A stretch of DNA of 64,000 nt, taken from NCBI GenBank assembly GCA_965649825.1, contig OZ287701.1:1317439-1381438 (forward strand), written 5' to 3'. The notes beneath the pieces were generated by a model. That model did no database searches. It saw only the letters and a list, made by a program, of their open reading frames with translations, and was not told where the DNA came from. Source of the stretch: Penicillus capitatus. Lineage: Eukaryota; Plantae; Chlorophyta. Positions 21,588 to 34,185 of the stretch are shown piece by piece. Numbering within the stretch: position 1 is the first letter of the stretch; the number at the start of each line of letters is the position of its first letter. The position numbers and the translations under genes are program-made.

Positions 21588-22901
21588 ATGGATGTCGTGA
21601 AGCTCCGACTCGGTCGACCGGGAGGAATCATCGCGACACGACCTCTGCGGAGTCGCCGGCGCGTCACGGTCTGCGTCTCGGCAGCCAATAGAGAAAAAGA
21701 CAGGAGGTCGGTCGAAATGGTCGGATTGGGGAATCTCTGCATCGATGTCCGTCTAGCAGTGTCCCGTTTACCCCGTCAACACCAAGGATGGCGCCATACG
21801 TTTATGCAAGAATTCCTTCAACATCCTCCTGTGCACGCCATCTACGAACCGGGTGGTATTATGAACACCCTCATTGCTGGATCGCGCCTGGGATTGGACG
21901 CAATGGCTGTGGGACGTATGGGCATGGACGATCATGGGAGATTCTGTCGAACCTGTCTGAAACAAGAAGGCATTCCGTATGTCAATGGATTTGATGTGGA
22001 GCCTCGACGTTATCTAACACCACACTCTTTGGTGAATGAGACGTCTGTGTGTCTTGTCATTGTCGATTCTTCGCAGCGTCATCTATTCTGTAGTACATTT
22101 GAAGTGGAGCCGGGGCCCGTCTTCCATCACCCTTCTAATCTCACTGCTCTCGCGTTGCAACAGATTCGAGAGGCAAAGGCGCTGTTCATGAATGGCTATG
22201 TATTTCAAGAATGCAGTGGCGAAATGCTGAAGTTTGCTTTCGACGAGGCGATCCAGGCCCAGACGGCGACGTTTTTTGATCCTGGGCCTTACGGAACAAA
22301 AATGGCCAACGGATCGGCCGAACGACGCAGAGAGCTGCAAGAGATCATGCATCGATCGCACGTTGTCCTGGCAACGGAAGAGGAGGCAATGGCAGTGACA
22401 GCGACGTCCGATGCGATAGAGGCAGGACGGAAGATGATGCAGCACCCCAACAGCGTCACGCAATGGGTGGTGATCAAACTGGGCGCCAAGGGATCGCTGT
22501 TTTTACAGAGAGACGTCGCAGAAGTGAAATACACAGCTGGGTATCCAGTACATGTGTCAGATACCGTTGGCTGTGGTGACAGCTTTGGTGCTGCTGTTGT
22601 CTACGGTTATCTCCGTCGTCAAGGAGAGAGGCCCGACGGTGTGATGGAACTGGCCAATGCGATCGGTGCTATGACGGCAACGAAACAGGGCGCCGGTCGA
22701 AATGTCGCCAATCTGGATGATGTGAAGGCTCTACTGGAGAGACAACTGAAAGGATGCGCCGGCAGCAATGGTCACGTCGGTGTGGGGGCAGCGATAGATT
22801 TGTTACAGATGGGAGAGCACAAGCATCAGAGCCATCAAGATCACCACAATTATGCAGATCCTTCACTTACGTTTCAAACACAACAGAGATGCTTTGGCTG
22901 A
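21588..22901 (+). CDS. PfkB-family carbohydrate kinase, probable plastid transit peptide, single exon
   Basis: GLGNLCIDV, EPGGIMNTLIAGSRLG, FFDPGP, VIKLGAKGS and DTVGCGDSF signature. First ATG at 21588. Confidence 0.92.
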   Translation: MDVVKLRLGRPGGIIATRPLRSRRRVTVCVSAANREKDRRSVEMVGLGNLCIDVRLAVSRLPRQHQGWRHTFMQEFLQHPPVHAIYEPGGIMNTLIAGSRLGLDAMAVGRMGMDDHGRFCRTCLKQEGIPYVNGFDVEPRRYLTPHSLVNETSVCLVIVDSSQRHLFCSTFEVEPGPVFHHPSNLTALALQQIREAKALFMNGYVFQECSGEMLKFAFDEAIQAQTATFFDPGPYGTKMANGSAERRRELQEIMHRSHVVLATEEEAMAVTATSDAIEAGRKMMQHPNSVTQWVVIKLGAKGSLFLQRDVAEVKYTAGYPVHVSDTVGCGDSFGAAVVYGYLRRQGERPDGVMELANAIGAMTATKQGAGRNVANLDDVKALLERQLKGCAGSNGHVGVGAAIDLLQMGEHKHQSHQDHHNYADPSLTFQTQQRCFG

Positions 22902-23175
22902 TGGCGATCTGTCTTGAAGAAGAGACATTTCTGTATTGTGTGTGAGATTTGTGTGACGTGGACGAGCGGCTACGGTTTGGTCGTGGCAAGAAGCAATCCA
23001 TCTCAATTGACGTCATCGTGAACGAACGAACGAACTGCCTGTCTGAGTGTCTGACGTTGTGACTCTATGTTTTGTAATTACAGTCCCCGGCCGTCTGCAA
23101 CAATGATCGTCGTCATCATCACTCATGAATGGACCGTGTGCCAGAACGATGGATACATTCTGGCGGCTGATGCGT

Positions 23176-26100
23176 TTAGGGCGTATCGTGATGATCATGC
23201 GGTCTGCTCTCTTCTCTCTCATCTCGTTGGTCGTTGCGATCGTCGTTGGCAGTAGCTACGGTGTCTGCTGCCCCGATGTCTTCAGGGGCGGTCTGCGGGG
23301 AGTAACTGGGAGATGTCGGACCAAGCTCTGTGCGAACAAACATACACAGGATTGCATGGAGGGCGGTGATCAAAATGCCGAACCTGGTATGGAAGGCGAG
23401 GATGGACTGTATCCCGGACTGGTAGGAGAGTATCCAGGCGATCTCCCACTCCCTGGCATCTGCGGTGTGTAACTCGGCGATGTGACCCGACCGGTTGAAT
23501 GAGGACTGTAGTCCGGTGAGCTGAACTGCCTGGAGCCAGGAGGGGAGTAAGGAGAAGATCCACCGCTGTCCCGAGTCATTGGCCTTCCAATCTGATTCGG
23601 TGCAAAGGACGGCGAAGAAGGAGAGTATCCAGGCGACTTTCTCGCACCATGCATCTGAGGAGAGTACGAAGGCGATCCCACCGAAACACCAGGAGATGTC
23701 GGTGTGTATCCCGTTTGAGGGGATGTGGATCGATTGGCTGCCGGAGAGTAACCAGGCGACGTCGGCGAGTAGTTTGGACTGGTAGGGGAGACACTCGGAC
23801 TGGTGGGAGAATATCGCGGTCCTCGCGAGGAGTAAGTAGGACTGACAGGAGAGGTGTTCGTTCGAGGACTCGATGCCAGAAATGACGGAACGCCAGGGGA
23901 AGTCTGTGGCTGCTGGGGTGAGTAGCCAGGAGACGTCGGCGAGTAGCCACGTGCATCGGCATACGTCATTGGCGAAGTGGGAGACAGTCCAGGAGATGCT
24001 GGATTGTATGCGATGGCTCCGGGAGATCGTGGCGACATCGGAATGCAATTCGGACTGCCCGGCATGTAGCTGCCCGTCATCTGGTTGACAGAAGAGAGCA
24101 TCGATCCGGGAGACTGTGGACTGCCAGGGGACCATCCAGGAGAGGTATAGTAGTTCCTCGTTGGCGAGAAGGAAGGACTGGCGACCGGAGCTGGCGAGAA
24201 TTCGATACCTTCCACCATTGGAGATGTCAGATGAAAACCAGAATCGGCAAGAAACGAAGGGCCAGGGGTGAACGGTGCGAGACGGGGAGACATGGCATTC
24301 ATGCGAACGTTGGGTGCCGTCGAGAGGTCTGCCACGTCGTATCCAATTTTCTCAGCCTCCATCGCTTCCATCAGCAGCTCTTCGTTGAGCATAAGATCGA
24401 AACATCCCGTTCCCAAAGGACACAGCTGACCCAGCATGATATTCTCGGAGACGCCCTTCATGGTATCTCTCTCGGCATAGATCGCCGCCCTCAACAGAAT
24501 CTCGACCGTCTCTTCGAAGGAACACTGTGCCCACGGAGATTTCTCCGTTCGGTTGATGCCGTGACGTGTGATCGCCATCACGTACCCACGAAACGTCATC
24601 ATATCACAGAGAATCGCCAGATGACGGTAGTTCACATAGGACCCATCGAATTCAATGACACCTCTGAGTTCCTTCAGCAGTGCCGCACGGACGGCCTCGA
24701 TGCCCAACACCTCCAGGACTTCGATAAGATGATTGCTGAGTGTTCTGGTGTAATCCACGCCTTCTTGGCAGAGAACCTCTCTCAGATTGACGCCTTCGGT
24801 GTCCAGAAGATACTCTTCGCGTTCCTTAAATGTCCCGTCCTCTTCATCGAAGGCTTTGGATTTTTCGGCCCGGATGAACACGCGATGGATATCTTGCACG
24901 CCTTGGAGCTCCATTTCCATCAGCAATCCTTCCAGTCGACGCAGGGCCTCGTTAAAATCGGTGTCCTGTTGCGTATAGTCGGTGCTCTTGCCCGTCTCGT
25001 CTCCGCAGATGATCCGAATCCTCAACACCAGTTCATCGGCATTGTCGTCCGTGTGAATGAGGTAAAGAAAATCGCCGTAGAGGGCACTCATCTTTCCAGC
25101 AATTTTCTCCATCGTCAGATTCTTATCCAACATCATTTCTTTGTTCAGCACAATACGCAGAACCCACAACGAGATGCTGTTCACATTGAGGCCCTCGGTG
25201 TCACCCAGAATATAGTAATCGGCCAGCCATTCCTTATCCTCTGGCACCACTGTGGTGTAGATATCCGGATCATACCAGATCTCTGCCACCTGGACCACGT
25301 TTTTGAGCTTGGTAAATTCCAGCTGGCACTGTACGGCCTTGGCTGCTTCTTTGTCATCCTGTGCCTCGCCTAGGAGGTAGACAGATAGAGAGGGGGTCTT
25401 GATATTCTTGGCCACGTTAATGATCTCTGTTAGACGAGGGACACCCAACGTCACGTTCTTGGCTGAGACACCAGCATAGTGAAAGGTATTCAGCGTCATC
25501 TGCGTTGTCGGTTCGCCGACGGACTGCGCTGCAATGGTGCCGATGCACTCTCCTGGATGTGCCTTGGCGGCATGAAACTTCGTTATGATCTCGCCCATCA
25601 CCCAGTCGAACGCCTGTTGCGTCAGTTTAAATTCTCTGAGGACGCGTTTGGAGGCGAGGATGCCGCGGACATGGCACATAAAGAGGAACACCGCATCGTA
25701 CTGCGATTCGGCTGTGGGTGGCTCTTCTGGTGTCAGTCCAGCAATTTTCTTGTCCATCTCCTGGACAGCTTGGATCACATGAGCAGGACTGAAGGCTGGA
25801 GGGGGACCCCTTGTCTTGACATTAAACATCCTCTGGGCATTCCAGATCAATCTCTTGATATGGACGGGCAGATGCACACGGGTATCCCCATCCGGCAGCA
25901 CGCGTTTTCTCAAGATCTCCAGATCCTGTTTCAGTTTTTCCTGCTCCTGTTCCAACAGGACACGCAGATCGCTCTTCTTGGCATCCCGCCAGATGGTGGG
26001 GTCCATGTAGGAAGGACAGTGATCCTGATCGATATTGATCACGTACATTCTTTCAAACAGCTTTCTCTCCATACCATAGTGCTCAAGCTTCTGCACTTCG

Positions 26101-28880
26101 ATAAAGGCGCCGTCCATTCCGTCTTCTCCATAGAGAAACTGCACCACTTCGCCGGAGGAGTTGCGAACGGTGCCATCGTATCGGATCATCAAATCCTCCA
26201 TGGCCTTGACAAGACGTCGCTGAATGTACCCAGTGCTCGATGTCTTGACGGCGGTGTCGATGAGACCTTCTCGTCCACCCATGGCATGAAAGAAAAACTC
26301 CACAGGCGTCAATCCCTTGCAATAGGAGTTGCCAACAAATCCTCGGCTTTCGGGTCCAAAGTCTTCCTTCATAAAATGCGGCAGCGTACGTTGCTGGAAA
26401 CCGAATGGAATCCGTTTTCCCTCCACGTTCTGTTGCCCGACGCACGCTGTCATCTGCGAAATGTTGATGAAGGATCCTTTAGATCCAGCCTGAACCATCT
26501 TGACCACGTTGTTCGAGTACTTTAGACTCTCCTGTGCCTTCTTCCCTGCGTCATCTCTCGCTTTGTTCAGCACCTCATTCACGCGATGCTCAAATGAGCC
26601 CATCACGGTGTGACCAGGCAGCAGCTCCAACGTTCCGTTTTGAAACTTCTCAATCAGATCTCGCACTTCAGACTTGGCTGTCTCAATGATCTTATTGATC
26701 GAGAGCATGGTTGCATCGTCCGAGATGGTATCTCCAATGCCAATACTGAAACCCGAATGCAGCAGCCAGTGATTCACGGCATATTGCATATTGTCAAGGA
26801 ATCTCCGTGTCTGATCGGGACCCTTCTCCATCCAAATGATGTGCACCAGACCACCAGCTGTCGGTCCCAGTGTCTTCTTGCACAGAGTGCCTGTCAGGAG
26901 TTCCCCTCCCTGAATCAGCACTTGAGTGTCTTCGGGAGAGACATCCTCCACTTCGCCTCTCTTGTTGTACCAACTCGCTTCGCGTCTGGCATTGATATCT
27001 GGCATAAGAATGGAAACCACCTGTTTTCCAGCCCACAGCGGTACATCTCCTCCAGGAGCTTTGAGAATCGTCGGACACGGGATCTGTCCATTCCATTCCT
27101 CCAAATGACATAAGATGCTCATAAAGAGCTCGCGATTCATAAATGTATCCCGTTGGGTCATCAGTCGTGCACCCAGCAGAGCATCTTGGACGATACCGAT
27201 GACAGGTTTGTTGGCCTGAGGCGATACAATCATCTTGGGCACCATCATGAGTTCCATCGTCTCGGCACGTGCCTCCTCCGACTGAGGCAAATGCATGTTC
27301 ATCTCATCGCCGTCGAAATCTGCATTGTACGGTGATGTGACTGATAGACTCAGACGAAACGTGGAGTAGGGGAGGATCTTGACCCTGTGTCCCATCATCG
27401 ACATCTTGTGCAACGACGGTTGGCGATTGAACAGCACGACATCTCCGTCCATCATGTGTCTCTCCACTTTGTATCCCACTTCCAGATGTTTCTCGTTGTC
27501 TCTCTTTAAGTACCGAAGGTCCAATCGTCGACCGTCGTCTCGGATCACATACTTTGCCCCACATTCTCCCGGAGGCGGATGCGGCCCATTCTCCACCAGC
27601 TTCTTCAATTTCTCATAGTTAAAGGGCGTCACCGTTTCGGGAAAGGTCATGTTGAGAGCGATGGTCCAAGGGACACCCACCTCGTCAATGCCGATATTGG
27701 CGTCGCCCGAGATGACGGTCCGTGCCGAGAAATCCACTCTCTTGCCCATAAGGTTTCCTCGAATTCTGCCATCTTTGCCCTTGAGTCTCTGACTGATGGA
27801 TTTAATCGGTCGTCCCGATCTTTGATTCGATCGCGGAATACCTGGCAACGTATTATCGATATACGTCGTGATATGAAACTGCAGCAGGTCTGAGAATTCA
27901 TTGATAATATGCTGCGGAGCGCCGTTCTGCTCCTGTCTCTTGAGGTCATTGTTCGAACGAATGATTTCTGCCAGCTTGTGTGTCAAATCATCTTCACATC
28001 TGGCAGAGCTGTCCATCATGACGGATGGCCGAACAGGTGGCGGCGGAACTGGCAAGACGGTTAGAATGAACCAATCCGGCCTTGAGTGCTGTACATTGAA
28101 TCCCAGTGCTTCATAGTCCTCATCCGGCACTTTCTTCAGGATTTCGTAGGCGTGGCTGGCAGAGAGCTCCTGTTTGCGTTCGTTCTCTCCCAGCTCTTCC
28201 TGTTTGACTTTCTCAAAATCGACATGGATCTTTGTACCCGTCAATCGATACTTTGGCTGAGGACCGCCGCTGAAGATGTCGACGCTCTTCGTGCCGCAGA
28301 TCGATGCAAAGTATCGCAGACGGGCGTTTGGATCTTTCATACGCAAAGCGGCAGGATATCTCTCATCTTCCTACAAACAAAAGTGTGATAAGATCCCGAC
28401 ATTCTCACTCTTCTTTACTTGTTTATCAATCAACAGCTTCGATGAATGATATCCCACACAGCGCAGTACTTTGAGAACCGTTTTGAGGAAACCGACATGA
28501 TACATGGGCTTCGCCAATTCGATGTGACCAAAGTACCCTTGAATGGACGGACACTGTCATCATCCATGTATAGACGCATGCCATGAGAACACCTGGGCAG
28601 TCTTGAACACCACAACCGTCTTTCTGGCACTTGATGTTGCGGTCCATCGTTCCCAGTCGTGGATCACTGAGGCCTCCTTTCTTTGGCTTACCCGAGACGA
28701 AGGTCTCCGGACTGTCGATTCGAGCAACGGAGTACTTGCGCTGTGTACAAACGTATGCTGAAGGGGGCACGGGTGGCGAAGGAGACAGACCAGCACTTCG
28801 GGCGAAAAGACGGAGAACTGAACGCCCGTGACGCGCTTGACGGATGCCGTCGAGAGCTCAAAGCGATCGTATGTCGTCAT
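23176..28880 (-). CDS. RPB1: RNA polymerase II largest subunit; three 5' introns and a 56-nt intron (23383-23328) near the C-terminus
   Basis: [39 protein letters not shown] and YSPTSP heptads. The last exon adds [12 protein letters not shown]...HDTP*. Confidence 0.97.
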
Positions 28881-29256
28881 GGTGATCTCCTACGCGCCTC
28901 CGTTGCAATAGAAGACGATGCGAGTGCAGCGTAAACTTTGGGCAGCGACTGATGCGATGCCACGCACAAGAATGGCAAACGTTCGATAGATCGTCGAAAA
29001 CGCGTCTGGATGAACGTCCATTTAGACCACCGTCGCTGACGGCATTGTCTCTCGCGTTTTTTCAGCGCCAGGTGCTCGAGCAAAGTGTGAGATGGCGTGA
29101 GAATGTGTGACGAAGAGGTTGTAGCTGAGGTAACTGCTATTGTGTTCTGTTGCTCGGTGATGACCAAATATATATACGCTAATCTGATGAACCCTGATGT
29201 CAATCTCGGTTTCCTTTCCTGAGAGCACATGTTTTCTGTACGTGCGTGAATTCGCT

Positions 29257-32200
29257 TCATTGTTTACAGATCGCCAAAGATGCGTCGTCTGTTTGGAGTT
29301 TTTCACAGAGACGTTTGCCAAATCGAAGGACGCGAGGATGGGTGGAGGATCCCACTTTCTGTAAGAGCACATGGACATCGTTCTGCACCATCTCTTGTTT
29401 TAGCACTGGACAGGCACAGAAGTTGCCTAGAGCGAAGAGCGCCGCCTGAGCAGCGGCAGATTCTGGTTGGTGTTGGCTGTCCTCGAGGATGCGATCCATG
29501 AGAACAGACACGGCGCCTGACTGCTGTAGAGACGTGTACAGCTGGCTTGTGTGTCGGACGAGATTGCCCAGCACACTGGCAGCATTGGCTCGGCTGCGGT
29601 CGTCTGATTCGGTTTGGATGAGACGGAGGCAGACAGGGATGACTGCTTCGAAATCTCGGCACAGGGTGTCATCGTGGAAAACCGCATTGCCTATGTGCAC
29701 AGAGGTGAAGCCCCTGATACAGATCATCGAGATAGGGTCTGACCAATGGCAAAACAGGCGAATCTCCGTGTGCCGCTGTCGGCATCTTTAAGGCACAGCA
29801 AGAGATGCTCTGGAATGCTGTGCTGGATCAGATCTTGGTAGAAGAGATTGGAATGGCGACAGAGATTGCCAATGAGGCATGCAGTCTTGGAACGGATGGT
29901 ATGTGATGGGTGCTCGAACAGTGGCTTCAGTAGAGTGAGGATGTCGGCTTCTTTCAGCAAGGCAGTGGATTCAGGAAATCGCTTAGTGATGTGTGACAGC
30001 GTGCAGATCCATGTCTCTGTCACAAACTCGGTGGCCGATGCTGAGAAGGCGTTCTGGAAAAAGAGAGCGAGAGCTGACGATAGTAGTGGGGGAGATTTGT
30101 GGAGTGCACCTCTTGGAGGAAGTCTCTGCAGAGACCGCCGTTTTGCACAAACTGCCGAAAGAGTGTTGCATCTGCCGAGATGAGACGGGAAAGAATATAG
30201 ACAGGCAGATTCCAATCAGCAGCATCGAGCCGACGGATTAAATCCATCAATATCCGCACAGCACATGCCTCGCCCATTGCCTGCATCCAGATAAACCCCT
30301 TTCAATACGCAAAGAAAGAGTGAGAGGGCAAGACAGACATAGATCAGCTGTCCTGGACCATCTGGATCGGATGTGTTTGCCAGTGTCATATGCAGAAGGG
30401 AGCAGATGCGCAACTGGATCCTTTAACAGATGGCTGAATCGGTGCAGACGTATGTCTGCTGTACTTGGTTCTCTTAGGATGCGCCACGTCTTTCGCGTTA
30501 AACTGGGAGACGATGTTCATCAAGGCATGCACGATCTCTGCGTTGACGTGGAGCGTCTGATTCTTGTACCTCTACAGGACAAGCGCTCTCGAATGGGTGT
30601 TATCAGCGTGGATAGCATTGGCATACGTTGGATGTGTAGTGCCCGAGTGCGATAAAGACGTCCAGAAGTGCAAGAAGACTTTTGACAAAAGGAAGAGGCG
30701 ATGGCTGTACGGCAATGCTGAGGATATGATTTCTGGCTGCCTTGAATGTCAACTTCTGGCCCATTTCTCCATAAATCTCCTGCAGGGAGAGATGCGGACT
30801 TTGGCACAGTACAGCCAGCAGCAGGAAGCCACCAGATTGCAACCTCGATGCATACAGATCGCTATTTCTCGAACGATGCATGCGCACACCTCAGACGTCG
30901 ATGCTCAGAGGGATCTCCATGGCTCTCAGACGAGAGGTGATGAATTGCCACGACCGTTGCTTCGAGCGTCGCTCGGTAGAATATCTGCTCTTCGTTTTCA
31001 TTCGAACTGACATTGTCCTGCTTTTCTGTCAGAGGAGATGTGCTCTGCTGCGTTGACAAGAAGGCGTGCAGACAGAAGGCGCTGGCTGATAAGACATCAT
31101 GTGTGGCATCCTTTCTGTGCAAGACAGGTAACAGATGCCTCTGAAGCAGACAGACCATGCCGTTTGGCACATCGCGACGGACACAGCTATAGAAGAGACA
31201 CGCAGCAAGAGAGTATGCAACACACTGAGAGGGATGCTCTCTGTAACGAAGCAGAAGAGGGAGTGCATCTGTTCTGATCGAAGAGATGGAGGATGGGCAA
31301 CTTAGACAGCACTGCAGGAGCACCTGCAGATCACATAGGAATATGTCCCCATTCACATCTTAGGCATACCTCGACAGTAGCTGGCTGCTGTTGGCCGAGG
31401 TCATCCAGCAAAGCCTCTTTGATTGCCTCTTGTCCGACACACGCGACCACTTCTTGCACGAGAGGGCAGTCGTCTTCGAGCAGCGTGCAAGGATGGCCGA
31501 GGACAGCCATGTGTTCTGGCAGTGATTCTGGTGATCGGGAGGAATTGCTCATAGAGAGATAGGCACGAAAGAGCAGAGAGATATCCCGAATACCGCACAT
31601 GATCTGCTCTCCTCCGCTACATACAAGCTCCAGAAGCCGATGACGACTCATGCACCTTGATGTATGAGATCTCCATTCTCTCTCAGTTGATGGAGCAGCT
31701 TTCATGACATCAAAGAGCTCTCGGAGCAGAATGGCCAGAATGCTGGAAAGGTGTGAAGGCTGCGCAGCCAGATCTCTGCACCTGAGTATGAGATCATGTG
31801 TCAGCTCTATGCAGCGACACGTCCAGCGCTTGAAGGACGCTACGTTTTCGAGCAAGACGTCACATCAGTGCTTGGGCCATCCGTGTCTGTCCTTACTGGA
31901 GGCAGCATCGTAGAGGAGAGCGGCATCGTTCGGAACAGCATTCAGTCTCATTACAGCTCGGATAAGCGAATGAAAGAATTCGAGTCGCTTGTCCTCCGGC
32001 TGGGTTCGGGAGATGACGTGGGCACACCATTTGAAAACATCTTTGGTCTTTTCAGACCGAGACTCAAATCGATGCTTCCCGCGGCAACGGCAGAGGTCCT
32101 CCAGATGCTGGACGATACCTTGGACAATACGTGCATCCAAACACACCTCTGCAAACACGAAAGATAGATGCTGGGCGCCAAAAAGACAAAAAAAAACACC

Positions 32201-33303
32201 TCGGATATCCGTCTTGCTGCCAGAGTCATGCTTCCATGCTTCTATGAGCAGGGCCACATCGTTGCCGTTACGTTTTCCGCCATCCATCAATCGATTTTGC
32301 ACTGGCAGGGTCTTCCGATCCAATACCTGACACACACGCCAAGCAGTCTATTGAATTTTCTGTCGTGTTTTCGCACATCGGCGTCCAGATGTCTTGTCAA
32401 GAAAGGATGGTTCAGCACGGCAGGGTAATCCAACCTCCTCTGCGGCGTCTTTTGCAGCAAGCCAATGAGAAAAGATTTGAACACGGCCGACATCTTCTCT
32501 GGAAACCTCACATCGCCATACATAATATTGCGGACCAGTCCAAGCATTGTCTTCGATTGAAATGGCGGCTGTCCAACAGACAACTCAAAGAGAATCACTC
32601 CCAGTGACCACAGATCCACCTGTACAACCTATTAAGAGAGAACGACCCCGTCTCTCTGTCATCACCGAATGATGATAGGGTCTTTCTTGAAGCAGTTCTG
32701 GCGCCATGTACAGCGGCGTGCCTTTGATCGATGTTACTACCACTGTACTTGACGAGACCGCCCGAGCGAAACCAAAATCGCAGAGCTTTACCACGCCATG
32801 AGAGCAGACCAAGATGTTCTGCGGCTTCAGGTCTCGATGAACGATCCGTTTGCCGTGAAGATAATGCAGAGCCGAGAGCATTTGGCGGGCAATGCTCTGG
32901 ACGAGCACTTCCGGAAAGTTCCCATCCACATGCAGCATTTCCAGCAGCTCGCCGTATGCGAACTCTGCACAGGCGTTTCCGTGAGGAGCTGACAATGTGT
33001 GACCCCGATCTCACACACCGGTCACCACACAGACCTCTCCATCGGTCTCGAAACTGTCCAGCAGCTGGATCACATGTGGATGCTTCAACCTCCGCAGAAT
33101 CTCGATCTCGCGCTTCAGAGACGTCACGTCATCGGATGTCCTTCCCTCCTTCGACAAGAACTTCAATGCCACGATGCGACCCGTCCCCGAACAGCGCCCC
33201 TTGAAGACCTAAACACCCACCGCCGTCTTCCATCCCTCCTTCTCGTCCTCACCGTCCCGTACGATCCCTCGCCGACGCGCTCGAGCAGACGGTAGCGCTC
33301 CAT
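29257..33303 (-). CDS. TIO: FUSED/TWO-IN-ONE Ser/Thr kinase with C-terminal ARM/HEAT region, multi-exon
   Basis: [58 protein letters not shown]; C-terminal [26 protein letters not shown]. Confidence 0.9.
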
Positions 33304-33375
33304 GCAGACGATCGATCGTCGTCGTCGAAACGTCACATCAGCTCACATCGCGGAGAGTTCGGTAGCGTCCTGGCA

Positions 33376-33887
33376 ATGCCGCGCAGTCATCGACCGGAGG
33401 ACGTCCCTTCGAACCAGCCGACCATCGCAGCTCTCCTCCAACACTCTCCGCCTCCGCTCCAGCGGCTCCTGCACGACGCCTTCCGCGGTGTTCGCCAAAT
33501 CGGGAACTTCTGCACCGAGCGGATCCTGAAACACCGCCCCCGTTGTTTCGCCTCCTCCTGGACGGACGTCCCTTCAGAAGAAAGTGTCAGCAACGACACT
33601 TCCGCGTCAGAGATGTGCATTTCTCGAGCCTGAGCGTCGGAGATTTCGATCTGGGAGATTTAAAGGAGTCCCTCAGTCGCATTCAGCTTCCTTTCTGGGT
33701 CGACATCTCCTCCCCCGGCCACCCAGACAAGAAACGACTCATGACTGTCCACGACTTCTTCAAGTACACGGAGAAACAAAGCAGAAGAGACGCTCAGCTA
33801 CGGACACGGCATTGCATGAGATGCAGGTAAGACGTTCTTCGAGAGTTTGGATCGCGATTCTGAACGGTGGTAACATTGGATGACATG
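33376..33887 (+). pseudogene. 5' fragment of the EF-hand carrier gene, copy B (frameshifted)
   Basis: Matches 48272-48785 with a 1-nt deletion (caccgccccc vs caccgtcccc-c); truncated after the first EF-hand. Confidence 0.88.
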
Positions 33888-34185
33888 CTGCCTGTTGTTG
33901 TTTTGCTGTGCTAACTCAATTTCAGCTTACTAAGCTTAGATCTCGCTCGTGTGCTGAGATGTCTGTGTCTTCCTCGATGCCTGCATCTGTGACTCGGATC
34001 AGCTCTTCTGCAGGACGCGTCAGTCGAATCAATCGACCGATTCGCATTTAACGTTAACGACAACGTCGACGGTATCTTTCGCCACTGCGAACTTTCCTGC
34101 GAACTTTTTGCGACGGTAAGTGCACTTGTCCGCTTCGCCGAACGACGGGCGAAGACGTTTTGTCCTGTAGACCACAAGCGAAAAC

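Noticed and set aside
23370-23383. RPB1 ending at SAF* (23370)
   Set aside because: A 56-nt GT-AG intron skips this stop and adds another heptad-containing exon ending at 23176.
23125-23472. Small plus-strand ORF with a signal-like hydrophobic stretch
   Set aside because: It is antisense to the RPB1 last exon; the hydrophobic run is the complement of its D/R/E-rich tail.
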